Assembly: GCA_038258655.1 (NCBI GenBank)
Contig: JBBSPS010000002.1
Span: 1-49,877 of the forward strand
DNA: 49,877 nt
DNA from: Bacteroidia bacterium
Lineage (GTDB): Bacteria > Bacteroidota > Bacteroidia > 2-12-FULL-35-15
Direction of reading: 5' to 3'
This document shows, piece by piece, positions 35,965 through 44,324 of this stretch. The notes under the pieces were generated by a model that had not been told where the DNA came from, did not search any database, and saw only the letters and a program-made list of their open reading frames with translations. How positions within the stretch are numbered: the first letter of the stretch is position 1; the number at the start of each line of letters is the position of its first letter. The translations under genes and the position numbers were made by a program.

Positions 35965-38289
35965 TTAATAATTCAGATTAAGTCCAATGCCAAATCCCAT
36001 ATCACTATCGTAATGGGTTCTTATTCCCATATTTTTGTTGATAATATAACGTAAATCAATCATATACTCTTTATCAGTGTTATACATTAGCCCCATCCTT
36101 AATCGTTTTGTAATTGGTATATCTTCACGCTTTAATTGTAATAGAACTGTTCCATCTGTAAATACTTCTGCTTCAAAATGAATTAACATAGGTAAGGTAT
36201 ATGAAAATCCTGCTGAAAACGATTGCCGTGTATCTTTGGTGTTAGTTCGACCAAAAATATTTTTTGACTGAAAGTGTATTTCTCCCTCCTGCTTCCTATA
36301 ACGATAATCATAACCAATAAAAGGCATAAACCATTGCATCTTACCAATGTACCTTCCTAAATGCGTCTCTACTTCATATCCGTGCATATCGTGATAACCT
36401 AAACGCCACTCCGACATTAAACTCCAACGGGTGTTTTGTAGCATTGCCATTCCATCATTGCCATTTGTTGCAATATCATTCTCTCCCATGAAGTGAAATT
36501 TTCTATCATCGCTTTTTAATTTTCTAAAAGCGTATTTAGGGTTTGGAATTAACGGATTTGCTGGCTGATTTTCATAAGAAAAAACCCTTCCCATTCCACT
36601 CATCATGTGGTATAAAATATGACAATGAAAAAACCAATCGCCATACACATTAGCATTAAACTCTAATGTATCTGTTTCCATTGGCATTATATCAATAGTG
36701 TTTTTTAATGGCGCATTATCGCCTTGCCCATTCAGAACTCTGAAATCGTGTCCGTGTAAGTGCATTGGGTGGCGCATCATAGAATTGTTGTAAATTATTA
36801 TTCTAACATTTTCACCTTTCTTTATAAGGACTTTATCCGTCTCAGAAATCACTTTATTATCTAAACTCCAAACGTAACGATTCATATTACCTGTTAATAC
36901 AAATCGTAATTCTTTTACTGGAGCTTCTTTAGGGAGATTTGTTTTAGTGGGTGATTTTAACATTGCATAATTTAACGTAACAATATCTGAAAGTGCATTT
37001 GCATTGTATTGATTTTGGTTGTTACTCATATCCATGCCTTGCATTTTCACATCAGTTTTTTTGTTTTCACTACCCGTAATTTCTGGATACATTACCACAT
37101 TCATATCCATTTGATTAAGGCTCATCTGCATATTCATATCATCTAGGTCTCCGTTCATTTTCATCATCCCATTCATCATCTTCATGCCTTCAAAATATTT
37201 CAATTTAGGTAAAGGTGATGTTAATTGCTTGATGCCATTACCAATATACAAGGATGCTGAACTAATTCGGTCTTCTGAAGTTGCCAAAAATTCGTAAGAG
37301 GTACTATCGTTTGGTATCGTAAGAATTACATCATAAGTTTCTGACACAGCAATTATTAATCTGTCCACTTCAACAGGCTCCACATCGTTTCCATCATTAG
37401 CAACAACCGTAATTTTACTTCCTGCATAAGTCAACCAAAAATAGGTTGAAGCGCCACCGTTTGAAATTCGCAACCGAACTTTATCTCCTGCTTTAAATTG
37501 AGCCTCATCCGTCCGTTGGACAACTTTTCCAGAGGAGAAGGAAACTTGATTTTTATTTTTTATTTCACTTTCATTTTTTCCATTCATCAAAAACTTGTCG
37601 TAATACACATCACTTACATCCATTGCCAACATTCGCTTCCATTCGTTCTTAAGTTTAGTTTTAAAACTTTTGTGCTTTATGGCTTCTGCATAACTTTGTG
37701 TAGCCCCTTTCTTAATCGCAAACCAATCAGAAGCATTATGCAACATTCTATGAACATTTTTCGGATTGTAATTTGTCCACTCACTTAAAACAACAGGAAT
37801 TGTAGGTAAATCATCAATCCCTTTTCTAAATGTTGAATCTTCAGTTCTTTTATTCATTACAAATGAACCGTACATCCCTATTTGTTCCTGTAAGCCCGAA
37901 TGACTGTGATACCAATGCGTGCCATGTTGTATGATTGGAAATTTGTACAAATGCGTTGTGTGAGGCTTTATGGGCATTTGAGTTAAATAAGGGACGCCAT
38001 CTTCTTTATTAGGTAAAAACACACCGTGCCAATGCATGGTTGTACTTTCGTTTAGTTCATTATGAACATAAATTTCTGCTGTATCTCCTTCTGTAAATGT
38101 TAAGGTTGGCATAGGTATCTGCCCATTTACAGCAATCGCTCTTTTTTCTTTTCCTGCAAAGTTTACAATTGTATCACGAACATAAAGATCGTAACGAACT
38201 GTTTTTTGTGCGAGAATTATTGTTGGATACATCAATAAAACTATTGCAGACAATAATAATTTTCTCGGCCTCCATTTTAGAACTTTCAT
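35965..38289 (-). CDS. multicopper oxidase (CopA/CueO-like) with Met-rich insert and a ~200-aa C-terminal beta-barrel-like (CopB-like?) extension
   Basis: 774 aa. Copper-ligand motifs TMHWHG, HWYHSH, HPMHLHGHDF and HCHILYHMMSGM. Met-rich segment GMKMMNGMMKMNGDLDDMNMQM. Tail ends GFGIGLNLNY. Confidence 0.85.
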   Translation of the reverse strand: MKVLKWRPRKLLLSAIVLLMYPTIILAQKTVRYDLYVRDTIVNFAGKEKRAIAVNGQIPMPTLTFTEGDTAEIYVHNELNESTTMHWHGVFLPNKEDGVPYLTQMPIKPHTTHLYKFPIIQHGTHWYHSHSGLQEQIGMYGSFVMNKRTEDSTFRKGIDDLPTIPVVLSEWTNYNPKNVHRMLHNASDWFAIKKGATQSYAEAIKHKSFKTKLKNEWKRMLAMDVSDVYYDKFLMNGKNESEIKNKNQVSFSSGKVVQRTDEAQFKAGDKVRLRISNGGASTYFWLTYAGSKITVVANDGNDVEPVEVDRLIIAVSETYDVILTIPNDSTSYEFLATSEDRISSASLYIGNGIKQLTSPLPKLKYFEGMKMMNGMMKMNGDLDDMNMQMSLNQMDMNVVMYPEITGSENKKTDVKMQGMDMSNNQNQYNANALSDIVTLNYAMLKSPTKTNLPKEAPVKELRFVLTGNMNRYVWSLDNKVISETDKVLIKKGENVRIIIYNNSMMRHPMHLHGHDFRVLNGQGDNAPLKNTIDIMPMETDTLEFNANVYGDWFFHCHILYHMMSGMGRVFSYENQPANPLIPNPKYAFRKLKSDDRKFHFMGENDIATNGNDGMAMLQNTRWSLMSEWRLGYHDMHGYEVETHLGRYIGKMQWFMPFIGYDYRYRKQEGEIHFQSKNIFGRTNTKDTRQSFSAGFSYTLPMLIHFEAEVFTDGTVLLQLKREDIPITKRLRMGLMYNTDKEYMIDLRYIINKNMGIRTHYDSDMGFGIGLNLNY

Positions 38290-38315
38290 AATTGCAAATT
38301 GATTTGCTGTAAAAT

Positions 38316-39152
38316 CTATTTTAATGTTTCTACAGTTTTACCACAAGTTAACATCTGACTACCATAAAACGGATTTTTTATTGCAGATTCTTTACTAACC
38401 CAATCACCACCTTTGCCATCGTTGTACATTGGGCAATGGTCATAATAAACAGGATATGAAGGTTTGATCACTTTCATAACTTCAAACATATTTTTTGAAA
38501 GTGAATTAAAATGTTCTCTTTGGTGTTCCGTTTCCGTTACACCCTTAATGTGTTCAGCATCATAAGAAAGTTTAGTCATATACTTCATCCACGCTGTATG
38601 CTGATCCGCAGACAATTTATCCATTGGAACATTATCGATTGCCTTAAACACCTCCTTAGCTTTGCTGCTTGCAGTAGCGCCATCATTCATAATTAAAGCA
38701 TCCTTCAATCCAAAATAAGCTTTGTAAACTTCTAATAAAGGATTTTCAGTTTCCTTCTTGATAGTATCTTGAAGTGCCGTTTCACTTTTAGGTGTAACAG
38801 TAGTTGTAGATTTTCGCTTCCTTTCGTACTTGCAACATTCCGGTAGTTTTGCATAGGCATCATCAGGCGCAAGAAATTTTTCATTGTCATATCCTGCTAA
38901 GGCAACACGTTTTAGAATTTCATCTTCGGAAGTTTTGTTGGCATCCAATGACACAGAAGCTATTTTTGAGTCTCTATCCCAATCTACTTTAGATACTTTC
39001 TTTTTGTTTCCCGCTTTTTCAATTGTGTTTTCGCACATTCCGCAATTTCCATCTATTTTTAGGCTTACAGTTTTAGCATTCTTAATTTGTCCGTTACCGC
39101 TTATACTTAGTAAAAGCGTTGGCACTAGAATTAGATTGAATAGTGATGTCAT
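38316..39152 (-). CDS. HMA domain + DUF3347-like periplasmic protein
   Basis: I start it at the ATG at 39152 (MTSLFNLILVPTLLL). HMA motif GNCGMCENTIEKAG. Helical C-terminal domain ending ..HCPMYNDGKGGDW. Confidence 0.7.
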   Translation of the reverse strand: MTSLFNLILVPTLLLSISGNGQIKNAKTVSLKIDGNCGMCENTIEKAGNKKKVSKVDWDRDSKIASVSLDANKTSEDEILKRVALAGYDNEKFLAPDDAYAKLPECCKYERKRKSTTTVTPKSETALQDTIKKETENPLLEVYKAYFGLKDALIMNDGATASSKAKEVFKAIDNVPMDKLSADQHTAWMKYMTKLSYDAEHIKGVTETEHQREHFNSLSKNMFEVMKVIKPSYPVYYDHCPMYNDGKGGDWVSKESAIKNPFYGSQMLTCGKTVETLK

Positions 39153-39156
39153 GTTT

Positions 39157-39378
39157 TTATTTATTAGAGTTGATTTGTTCAATTTTAAATCCCGCTTTTT
39201 GTACCGCAGAGATTATTTTTTCAGGATTGGTTTCTTCCGTTTCCACAGTTAATGTTTTTTCAGGTGTTGAAGTATTTACTTCCCATTTTTCTATTGATTT
39301 TTCATCGTTTAAAAAAGGTGTTACTTTGGCTAAACAGCCACCGCAATTGATTGTTGTTTTAAATTTTAAAGTTTCCAT
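39157..39378 (-). CDS. heavy-metal-associated (HMA) domain metallochaperone
   Basis: 73 aa. FKTTINCGGCLAKV CxxC motif in a ferredoxin-like fold. Its ATG lies 3 nt after the restored copA stop. Confidence 0.8.
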   Translation of the reverse strand: METLKFKTTINCGGCLAKVTPFLNDEKSIEKWEVNTSTPEKTLTVETEETNPEKIISAVQKAGFKIEQINSNK

Positions 39379-39381
39379 TTT

Positions 39382-41836
39382 TAGTTTTTTAGTTTTTTTA
39401 ATTTAAGAAGTAAACTGTTTGATACCACACTTACGCTGCTCAGTGCCATTGCTGCACCTGCTATCATGGGATTTAAAAGAAAACCATTAATAGGATATAA
39501 TATACCTGCTGCAATTGGAATGCCAATTATATTATAAATAAAAGCCCAAAAAGATTTTGGTTGATAGTTGATACAGTTTGTTTAGATAAAAGAATGGCCT
39601 GAGGTATTTTATTTAGATCACTTGCTATGATGGTCATTTTTGCAACATCCATCGCAATATCGCTTCCTTTACCCATTGCAATACTTACATCTGCCTGTGC
39701 CAATGCATTACTATCGTTAATGCCATCGCCAACCATCGCCACAATTTTCCCCTTAGCTTGTAATTCTTTTATAAAAACTGATTTTTGAGCGGGCAAAACA
39801 TTTGCTTTAAAATGTTCTATCCCAACCTGCTCCGATACTGCTTTTGCTGTTTGTTCATTATCGCCCGTAAGCATGTAAACTTCAATTCCTTTTTCTTTTA
39901 AATGTTTTACTGCCTCTATGGATGTTTCTTTTATTTTATCTGCAATGGAAATTGCTGCAATAAGTTTAGAGCCGTCTGTAAAGAAAATAACGGTATTGGC
40001 TTTTTTTAATTTTTCATCTACCCAAGTTCGTGTCAATGTATTAATGTCTATATTCTTTTCTTTCATTAACAGTTCATTACCAATTATGTACTTTTTGTTT
40101 TGGTAAGAACCTTGAATTCCCCTTCCGCTTAAATTTTCAATTGAAACCTCGTTAATAAACTTTGAAGAATCTGATAAGTGCTTAACGATTGCATCCGCTA
40201 AAGGATGCTCGGATGATTTTTCGATACTATACAGAATGTTTCTTAAAGCTTCTGTTTCGTTCTCGAACCACTTCAAATCAGTAACTGTTGGTTTGCCTTC
40301 CGTTATTGTTCCTGTTTTGTCAAGCACAATAGCTGTAATGTTTTTTGATGATTCTAAACTTGCAGCATCCTTTATCAGAATTCCCATTGCAGCGCCTTTG
40401 CCAACTCCAACCATAATAGCAGTTGGCGTAGCTAAACCCAAAGCACAAGGACAGGCAATAACTAAAACCGTAACCATTGCCAGTAAACCCTGAGTAAATC
40501 CGTTCTCGCCACCAAATATTATCCATACAATCATACTTACTATTGCAATGCCGATAACGATTGGGACAAATATTCCCGAAATTTTATCAACCAATTTTTG
40601 AACTGGGGCTTTACTTCCCTGTGCATCCTGAACCATTTTAATTATTTGAGACAAGAGCGTATCACTTCCAACTTTTTCTGCTTTAAATTGAAAGCTTCCT
40701 TTCTGATTGATTGTACCTGCAAATACTTTTGTGTCTTTGCTTTTTTCAACAGGGATTGGTTCACCGCTAATCATACTTTCGTCTACAAATGAATTGCCTG
40801 TTGTAACAACACCATCTACTGCAATTTTTTCTCCGGGTTTAACGAGTAATATGTTATCTACTTGTACACTTGCAATTGGCATTTCCATTTGATGACCACC
40901 CTCATGAATAATGATAACCGTTTTTGGTTGCAAACCCATTAGTTTTTTTATAGCGGAAGAAGTATTACCTTTTGCTTTTTCTTCTAATAATTTTCCTAAT
41001 AGAATAAAGGAAATGACTACAGCCGCTGTTTCAAAATATACGTGTGCATGAAGTCCTTTGCTGTGCCAGTAATCCGGAAAAACTGTGTTAAACACACTAA
41101 ATAAATAGGCAACACCCGTGCTTAGTGCAACCAATGTATCCATGTTTGCTGAAAAATGTTTGAGTTGTTTAAAAGCACCAATAAAAAATTGTTTGCCAAA
41201 CCAAAACAAAACAGGAGTACATAATGCCCACATAATATAATTTGCATAGGGAAGATTCATTAAATAGGGAACCATAGCAATTATAACCAAGGGAACTGAA
41301 AGCACAACAGCACCAATTGTTCTTTTTTGTAAAGATTTAAAATGACTTTGTTGAATTTCTTCTAAGGAATTTTTTGCTTCTTCGCTTTCATCAATCATTA
41401 AATCATAACCTATAGCCTGTAAAGCTGCTTTTAATTTTTGCGGATCTGTGATAGTTGGAACATACTCTATAGTAGCGATGGCATTTGCATAATTAACCGA
41501 AGCAGAAATTACTCCGGCTTGCATCGCCAGAATTTGTTGGCTGCTGTTTGCGCAGGAAGCGCAGGTCATATTTAATACTGGAAATGATTTTTTTACCGTG
41601 GTAACTTCATAACCTAAATCGCGAATTTGTTTTACTGCCTTAGGAATTAAATCTGTAATATTTTGTCCGCTGATTTTAGCTCTTCGATTATTAAGCTCAA
41701 CAGTATGTTCTGTAATTCCCTCAACTTTATCTAAACCATTATTTACTATTAAAGCGCAATGTTCACTTTCAACGTTTTCTAAAGGCAAATAAACTGTATT
41801 ATTTTCTAACTTCTCCATAATGATTGAATTTGACAT
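39382..41836 (-). pseudogene. copA: Cu(I)-exporting P1B-type ATPase CopA, interrupted by a 1-nt frameshift near the 3' end
   Basis: Motifs: MTCASCANS (HMA), CPCALGLATP, DKTGTITEG, GDGINDS. The track ORF stops at 39527 after ..[13 protein letters not shown] second frame, 39382 to about 39556, encodes [39 protein letters not shown], the canonical last two TM helices. The shift is at the A5 run 39548-39552. Confidence 0.85.
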
Positions 41837-41901
41837 TACAAAGGTCTTCAATAACAACCCAGTAATGTTATATAATTGAGGGAACGATTTATATCGTATT
41901 G

Positions 41902-42498
41902 CTAAATAGAATCTACTGTTTTACGTAGCGGCAAGCCCTGCGTCTTAAATTGAGAAGGAGTAAGACCAATTGTTTTTTTGAATTGAGATGAAAGGTGAGC
42001 AACGCTGCTATAGCCCATCTTATCTGCAATTTCACTTAAGTTCATTTGGTTATACATTATTAGTTCCTTAACCTTTTCGATTTTTTGAAGAATAACAAAT
42101 TGTTCGATAGTTATGCCTTCTGTTAAAGAAAATAATTTGCTGAGCTGAGAATATTCTTTATTAAGATTTTTTGAAAGGATGTTAGAAAACATAAATTTTC
42201 CATCTTCTAAATGATGAATGTGATTTATAACAATAGATTTAATTTTTTCTATTTGTTGTGTACGACTATCATCTAAGAGCTCGAAGCCTAAAGACTCTAA
42301 TTGTTTCTTGAGTAAAGCAAATTGTTTTGTCTTTAATTCTTTAGCAAACGTTACTTCACCAAGCCGAACTTGTAGTGGTTTTATATTAATATCAGTAAAC
42401 ACTTTTTCAACTGCACTGATGCAACGTGGGCAAACCATATTTTTAATGTATAATTTCAATCTATCTCTATTTTGGAATGAAGCATTATTTATTGGCAA
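41902..42498 (-). CDS. AraC family regulator with N-terminal HMA-like metal-binding domain
   Basis: 198 aa with a TTG start. LKLYIKNMVCPRCISAVEKVF is HMA-like. C-terminal HTH: SEIADKMGYSSVAHLSSQFKKTIGLTPSQF. Confidence 0.8.
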   Translation of the reverse strand: MPINNASFQNRDRLKLYIKNMVCPRCISAVEKVFTDINIKPLQVRLGEVTFAKELKTKQFALLKKQLESLGFELLDDSRTQQIEKIKSIVINHIHHLEDGKFMFSNILSKNLNKEYSQLSKLFSLTEGITIEQFVILQKIEKVKELIMYNQMNLSEIADKMGYSSVAHLSSQFKKTIGLTPSQFKTQGLPLRKTVDSI

Positions 42499-42590
42499 TC
42501 ACCATTATACAAAGTTAGAAAAAACAAACACTATCAACCAGTAATGTGAAAGAGCTGAGTCGACAATATTATAATAAAAGTAACAGCATG

Positions 42591-43049
42591 TTATTTTTTA
42601 TGATGGTTCATGTGCCCGTCTTTGTTATCCATCATATTATCCATATAACACCCTTTAACTGATTTCATAACATCTGTGTGAGATTTCATGGAATTTGTCA
42701 CCATTTTACACATTGACTCATCATCTTCGCACATATCCATTGTTTTACCCATCATCATTTTACACATGGTTGAATCACTTTTGCACATATTCATCATATT
42801 ATCCATCATCATGTTTTTCATTTCGGGATTCTCCATCATGTTTTGCGACATCATGTTTTTGCAATTATCATCATTCATCATCACGTCGATCATTTCTTTA
42901 GAATAGGCCGGATCTTTAACTATTGTCGAAATAATTTTGGTTCTATGTGAATCATCTTTTAGACTTTGATCAGCTGATTGATTTGAGTCGCAGGCAGCAA
43001 ACGATAAAAATGTTACTGCGAGTATTGAAATAGTGGTTAATTTTTTCAT
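42591..43049 (-). CDS. Met-rich lipoprotein (putative periplasmic Cu-binding)
   Basis: 152 aa with lipobox LSFAAC. Extreme Met/Asp/Asn/Cys content: MMNDDNCKNMMSQNMMENPEMKNMMMDNMMNMCKSDSTMCKMMMGKTMDMC. Confidence 0.7.
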   Translation of the reverse strand: MKKLTTISILAVTFLSFAACDSNQSADQSLKDDSHRTKIISTIVKDPAYSKEMIDVMMNDDNCKNMMSQNMMENPEMKNMMMDNMMNMCKSDSTMCKMMMGKTMDMCEDDESMCKMVTNSMKSHTDVMKSVKGCYMDNMMDNKDGHMNHHKK

Positions 43050-43392
43050 TGTTTTATTGATTTAGTTAATGATTTTTTTTACTGGTACTAGAATACATAA
43101 GAAATATTTTTAGCATTATGATAATGCTCATAAGCTAAAATGACTTTAAATCGGTATCTTAAATTACCGTTGCTAAAGTTGAGAAAATTTGTTTCAATAA
43201 ATTACACTCCGTTGTGAATAATTTACATAATTCACGTATCGACAGATAATGATAAATTAAGAATAAGAAGGTGCTTTTTTTAGTTTAAATGTCGAGATTT
43301 TTAGAACTGATAGAAGTTTAGTGTCCTTTTTTATTTGAATTATCTTTGTTACTTTGACTTTAATTCTAACGCGAAAGGGCCCAAGAAAAAAA

Positions 43393-43890
43393 GTGAATAC
43401 CGAAATTGAATACGAAAAAGGAACTCCATTAGTTGATCATTTGTTTCGGCATGAAACAGGAAGATTAACTTCTGTGCTCACTCGTATTTTTGGTTCACAC
43501 AATTTGGAACTTGCGGAGGGCGTGGTTCAAGATTCATTTTTAGAGGCTATTAAAGTATGGAATTTTAACGGTGTTCCTGAAAATTCTACAGCAAAAAACA
43601 ATATTATTGTAAACCGAGAATGCTGCTTTGGAAAATTTATTTTCAGAAACAGAAATACGAGGCGATCAGTTGCGAATGATGTTTACCTGTTGCCACCCAT
43701 CTCAAGTGATTCACAGGTTTCGCTTACTCTTAAAACGCTTTGCGGTTTTAGTATTCCGAAAATTGCCAAAGCTTTTTTAACAAGTGATGAGAATATTAAT
43801 AAACGTTTAGTGAGAGCAAGACAAACTATAAGGAAGACAAAATTTCTTATGAAATGCCGGAAGGGAAATATTTAGAAGAGAGATGCCTTT
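43393..43890 (+). pseudogene. decayed and 3'-truncated ECF-type sigma-70 factor gene (family normally carrying a long C-terminal domain)
   Basis: Homologous pieces sit in three frames: LFRHETGRLTSVLTRIFGSHNLELAEGVVQDSF (frame 0), ENAALENLFSETEIRGDQLRMMFTCCHPS (+1), SSDSQVSLTLKTLCGFSIPKIAKAFLTSDENINKRLVRARQTIRK (0) and ISYEMPEGKYLEER (+2). The gene then runs into the convergent gene. Confidence 0.65.
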
Positions 43891-43906
43891 ATGTAAAGAT
43901 CGAAGA

Positions 43907-44323
43907 TCAGTTAGATAAAACTTTAAAATCCAATATTACTTTACTCCCGTTATCTTCAAAAGAAACACGATCAGCAAGATTACGCATTAAAAATACTCCC
44001 CGTCCATTAGGTTTTTCAATGTTCTCAGGGTTTGTAGGGTCAGGTAAGCTGCTGAAGTTAAAACCTGGACCTTCATCTTTTACTGTAAAAGTAACACGAT
44101 CAGGGAATGATTTAAAGAAAATGTCAATGCACTTATTGGGATTGGCTTTGTTGCCATGATAAATAGCGTTGTTAACTGCTTCGGTAATGGCCACAAGAAT
44201 GTTGCCGTAATAATCTTCAGTAATATTAAACAAGTCGCATACATCCTCTATCATTCTTTCTACCAGAATAATATTTTCTGCTTTTGATGTAATCCGGATT
44301 TTTTGATTTTCTGCCAACACCAT
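43907..44323 (-). CDS. HATPase_c-type ATP-binding protein (RsbW/SpoIIAB-like anti-sigma kinase fold)
   Basis: I start it at the ATG at 44323 (MVLAENQKI), 1 nt after the upstream stop. N-box AITEAVNNAIYHGN and G-boxes DEGPGF and GRGVFLM. Confidence 0.75.
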   Translation of the reverse strand: MVLAENQKIRITSKAENIILVERMIEDVCDLFNITEDYYGNILVAITEAVNNAIYHGNKANPNKCIDIFFKSFPDRVTFTVKDEGPGFNFSSLPDPTNPENIEKPNGRGVFLMRNLADRVSFEDNGSKVILDFKVLSN

Positions 44324-44324
44324 T

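Noticed and set aside
39527-39560. Programmed -1 frameshifting as described for E. coli copA
   Set aside because: The known case lies after the first HMA domain and yields a chaperone. Here the shift is in the last TM region, needs a +1-type correction, and I see no slippery heptamer or downstream structure. Sequencing error or mutation is more likely.
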